64,000 nucleotides of DNA from Candidatus Woesearchaeota archaeon (GTDB lineage: Archaea > Nanobdellota > Nanobdellia > Woesearchaeales > GW2011-AR4): contig JACPDF010000030.1 of NCBI GenBank assembly GCA_016184145.1, forward strand, positions 76 to 64,075, read 5' to 3'. The position numbers and the translations under genes were made by a program. Below the pieces are notes generated by a model that worked only from the letters and a program-made list of their open reading frames with translations, ran no database searches and was not told the origin of the DNA. Positions 62,614 to 64,000 of this stretch are shown piece after piece (positions within the stretch are counted from its first letter, which is position 1; each line of letters starts with the position of its first letter).

Positions 62614-64000
62614 ATGGAATATAAAATATTTGAAGCAAAAAAGAGGTTAAGACAATTAATTTTAGATCATGGATTAAAGTGGGCGGAAGGCACATTTAGG
62701 AATGGCACAACACCCAAGTGGATTTTTGATTTAAGAGAAATTGTCCTACGGCCTGATGGCTTAAAGCTGGCGACTCTTTTAATGTATGAGGAACTTAAAA
62801 AATTCAAATTTGAGCATATTGGTGGCCCTTCTATCGCAGCCGAGCCAATTGTGGAGTCGCTTGTCTTGCATAGTTACATTCAAGGCAATTCTATTCAGGG
62901 ATTTATAGTTAGAGATAAGCTCAAAGAATCTGGCTTAATCAAATGGATTGAAGGCCCCGATATAAGTAGAAAAGAAGTGGTTTTAGTAGATGATGTAATA
63001 AATTCTGGAAATAGCATTCTTAAGGCTATAAACGCTGTCCAGCAGCTAGGTTGCAAAGTTACAGGTGTTGTTACAATAGTTGATTTCATGAAAGGCGGTC
63101 GGAATAAATTAAATGATCTTGGTATAAGGCTGCACTCGCTATTTAATTTGCAGGACTTCAAGCTCCAGATAAACCAAAAAGTATCTTATACGGATGTCAG
63201 CTTAACTCCTATTGACAAACCAACAACTCAACCAATACTGCCAATAAATGAGTTATTTTCGAAATTGAATGTCCAAGTAAAAGACTTTATAATGTCTGAT
63301 GAAAAAACAATTTTTATTGAACAAGATGATAGTATAAACTGCATGGACCAGGAATACAGGCTATTATGGAGAACTAATCTCGGCAGTATTTCTTCTAATG
63401 CGTTAATAGCGCCTAATAGAAATGGCTTGATAGTCCCAGTATATTCTGGATTAAAAGTAAGCAGTATTTTCTTGATCGATATAAATCAAGGAAGTGTTAT
63501 TAATAGCTTCAGAGTCGATTCAGCTATAAAATCAAACTTGATTTTGAATAATGCTCACTTAATTTTTGGCACAGATAATGGGATAGTCTACCAATTAGAT
63601 GGCACTGAATTAAATACTTTATGGAAATATAATGCTAATAGTAGGATAATCTACTTAAGACTGGATGAAAAAAGTGCTATGCTGTTTATTTGCACTGATA
63701 ATGGATTTCTGCATGCTTTAAGCATAGACGGAAAACTAATTTGGAAAAAGCACCTTGGTAACACTTTTAATCATCAAATGATGATTAGTGGTAACTCCAT
63801 TATCATTAAGCCAGATTTAAATATACTATTCAATTTAAATAAAAAAAATGGTAGCCTAAACTGGTTCTTTGAGCCAAAAAATAGGATAAAAGATATGAAA
63901 AGGATTAACGGCAATATAGTAGTAAACTGCAGATACGGCAATTTATTTTTCTTAGATCCAAAAAATGGGGAGTTGATATTAAGTGCGAAAATGCCTTTTG
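62614..64000 (+). CDS. phosphoribosyltransferase domain fused to PQQ/beta-propeller-like repeats (3' end outside the window)
   Basis: ORF open from ATG 62614 to the window edge, so it is absent from the track. PRPP loop EVVLVDDVINSGNSI. This is followed by repeats ..LLWRTNLG.., ..GIVYQLDG..LNTLWKY.., ..GFLHALSIDGKLIWKK.., ..NGSLNWFF... Confidence 0.7.
   Translation, partial: MEYKIFEAKKRLRQLILDHGLKWAEGTFRNGTTPKWIFDLREIVLRPDGLKLATLLMYEELKKFKFEHIGGPSIAAEPIVESLVLHSYIQGNSIQGFIVRDKLKESGLIKWIEGPDISRKEVVLVDDVINSGNSILKAINAVQQLGCKVTGVVTIVDFMKGGRNKLNDLGIRLHSLFNLQDFKLQINQKVSYTDVSLTPIDKPTTQPILPINELFSKLNVQVKDFIMSDEKTIFIEQDDSINCMDQEYRLLWRTNLGSISSNALIAPNRNGLIVPVYSGLKVSSIFLIDINQGSVINSFRVDSAIKSNLILNNAHLIFGTDNGIVYQLDGTELNTLWKYNANSRIIYLRLDEKSAMLFICTDNGFLHALSIDGKLIWKKHLGNTFNHQMMISGNSIIIKPDLNILFNLNKKNGSLNWFFEPKNRIKDMKRINGNIVVNCRYGNLFFLDPKNGELILSAKMPF

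Overview
Visibly AT-rich archaeal chromosome segment. The core genes point to a small-genome, DPANN-like archaeon (inference): EF-1alpha followed by S10, L10e, SRP54, an HMf-type histone, Alba, the Pop5-PsmA-SBDS-Rrp4-Rrp41-Rrp42 superoperon, and Thr/Glu/Arg tRNA synthetases. Interleaved are bacterial-type metabolic genes (carAB, ribA/ribB/ribD, tpiA, msrB), five toxin-antitoxin pairs and many secreted, pilin-like or lipoprotein genes. I call about 85 CDS, including several below 60 aa that the ORF track omits, and one open-ended ORF at the right edge. There are six tRNA loci and no rRNA or CRISPR array. The points most worth a second look follow. (1) A 4.3-kb islet is bounded by 21-bp direct repeats of the 3' exon of tRNA-Arg. 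Its cargo is a translationally coupled pair of divergent MutS-core/ABC-ATPase paralogues plus one orphan gene, with no integrase. This is my best candidate for an undescribed system. (2) Five of the six tRNA loci carry bulge-helix-bulge (BHB) introns, mostly two per gene and mostly at non-canonical positions: D-loop, 30/31, 53/54 and 59/60. (3) A 36-nt BHB-bracketed element sits both inside a tRNA locus and in an intergenic region. (4) A family of paired short hairpins (core CGAAAATC-TTT-GATTTTCG) is scattered in spacers and is inserted in frame inside tpiA and carA. carA carries a roughly 105-aa insert built from palindromes. (5) A 164-bp MITE has perfect 16-bp terminal inverted repeats and a 9-bp target-site duplication. 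All calls rest on reading the sequence and on remembered family motifs. No searches were run.
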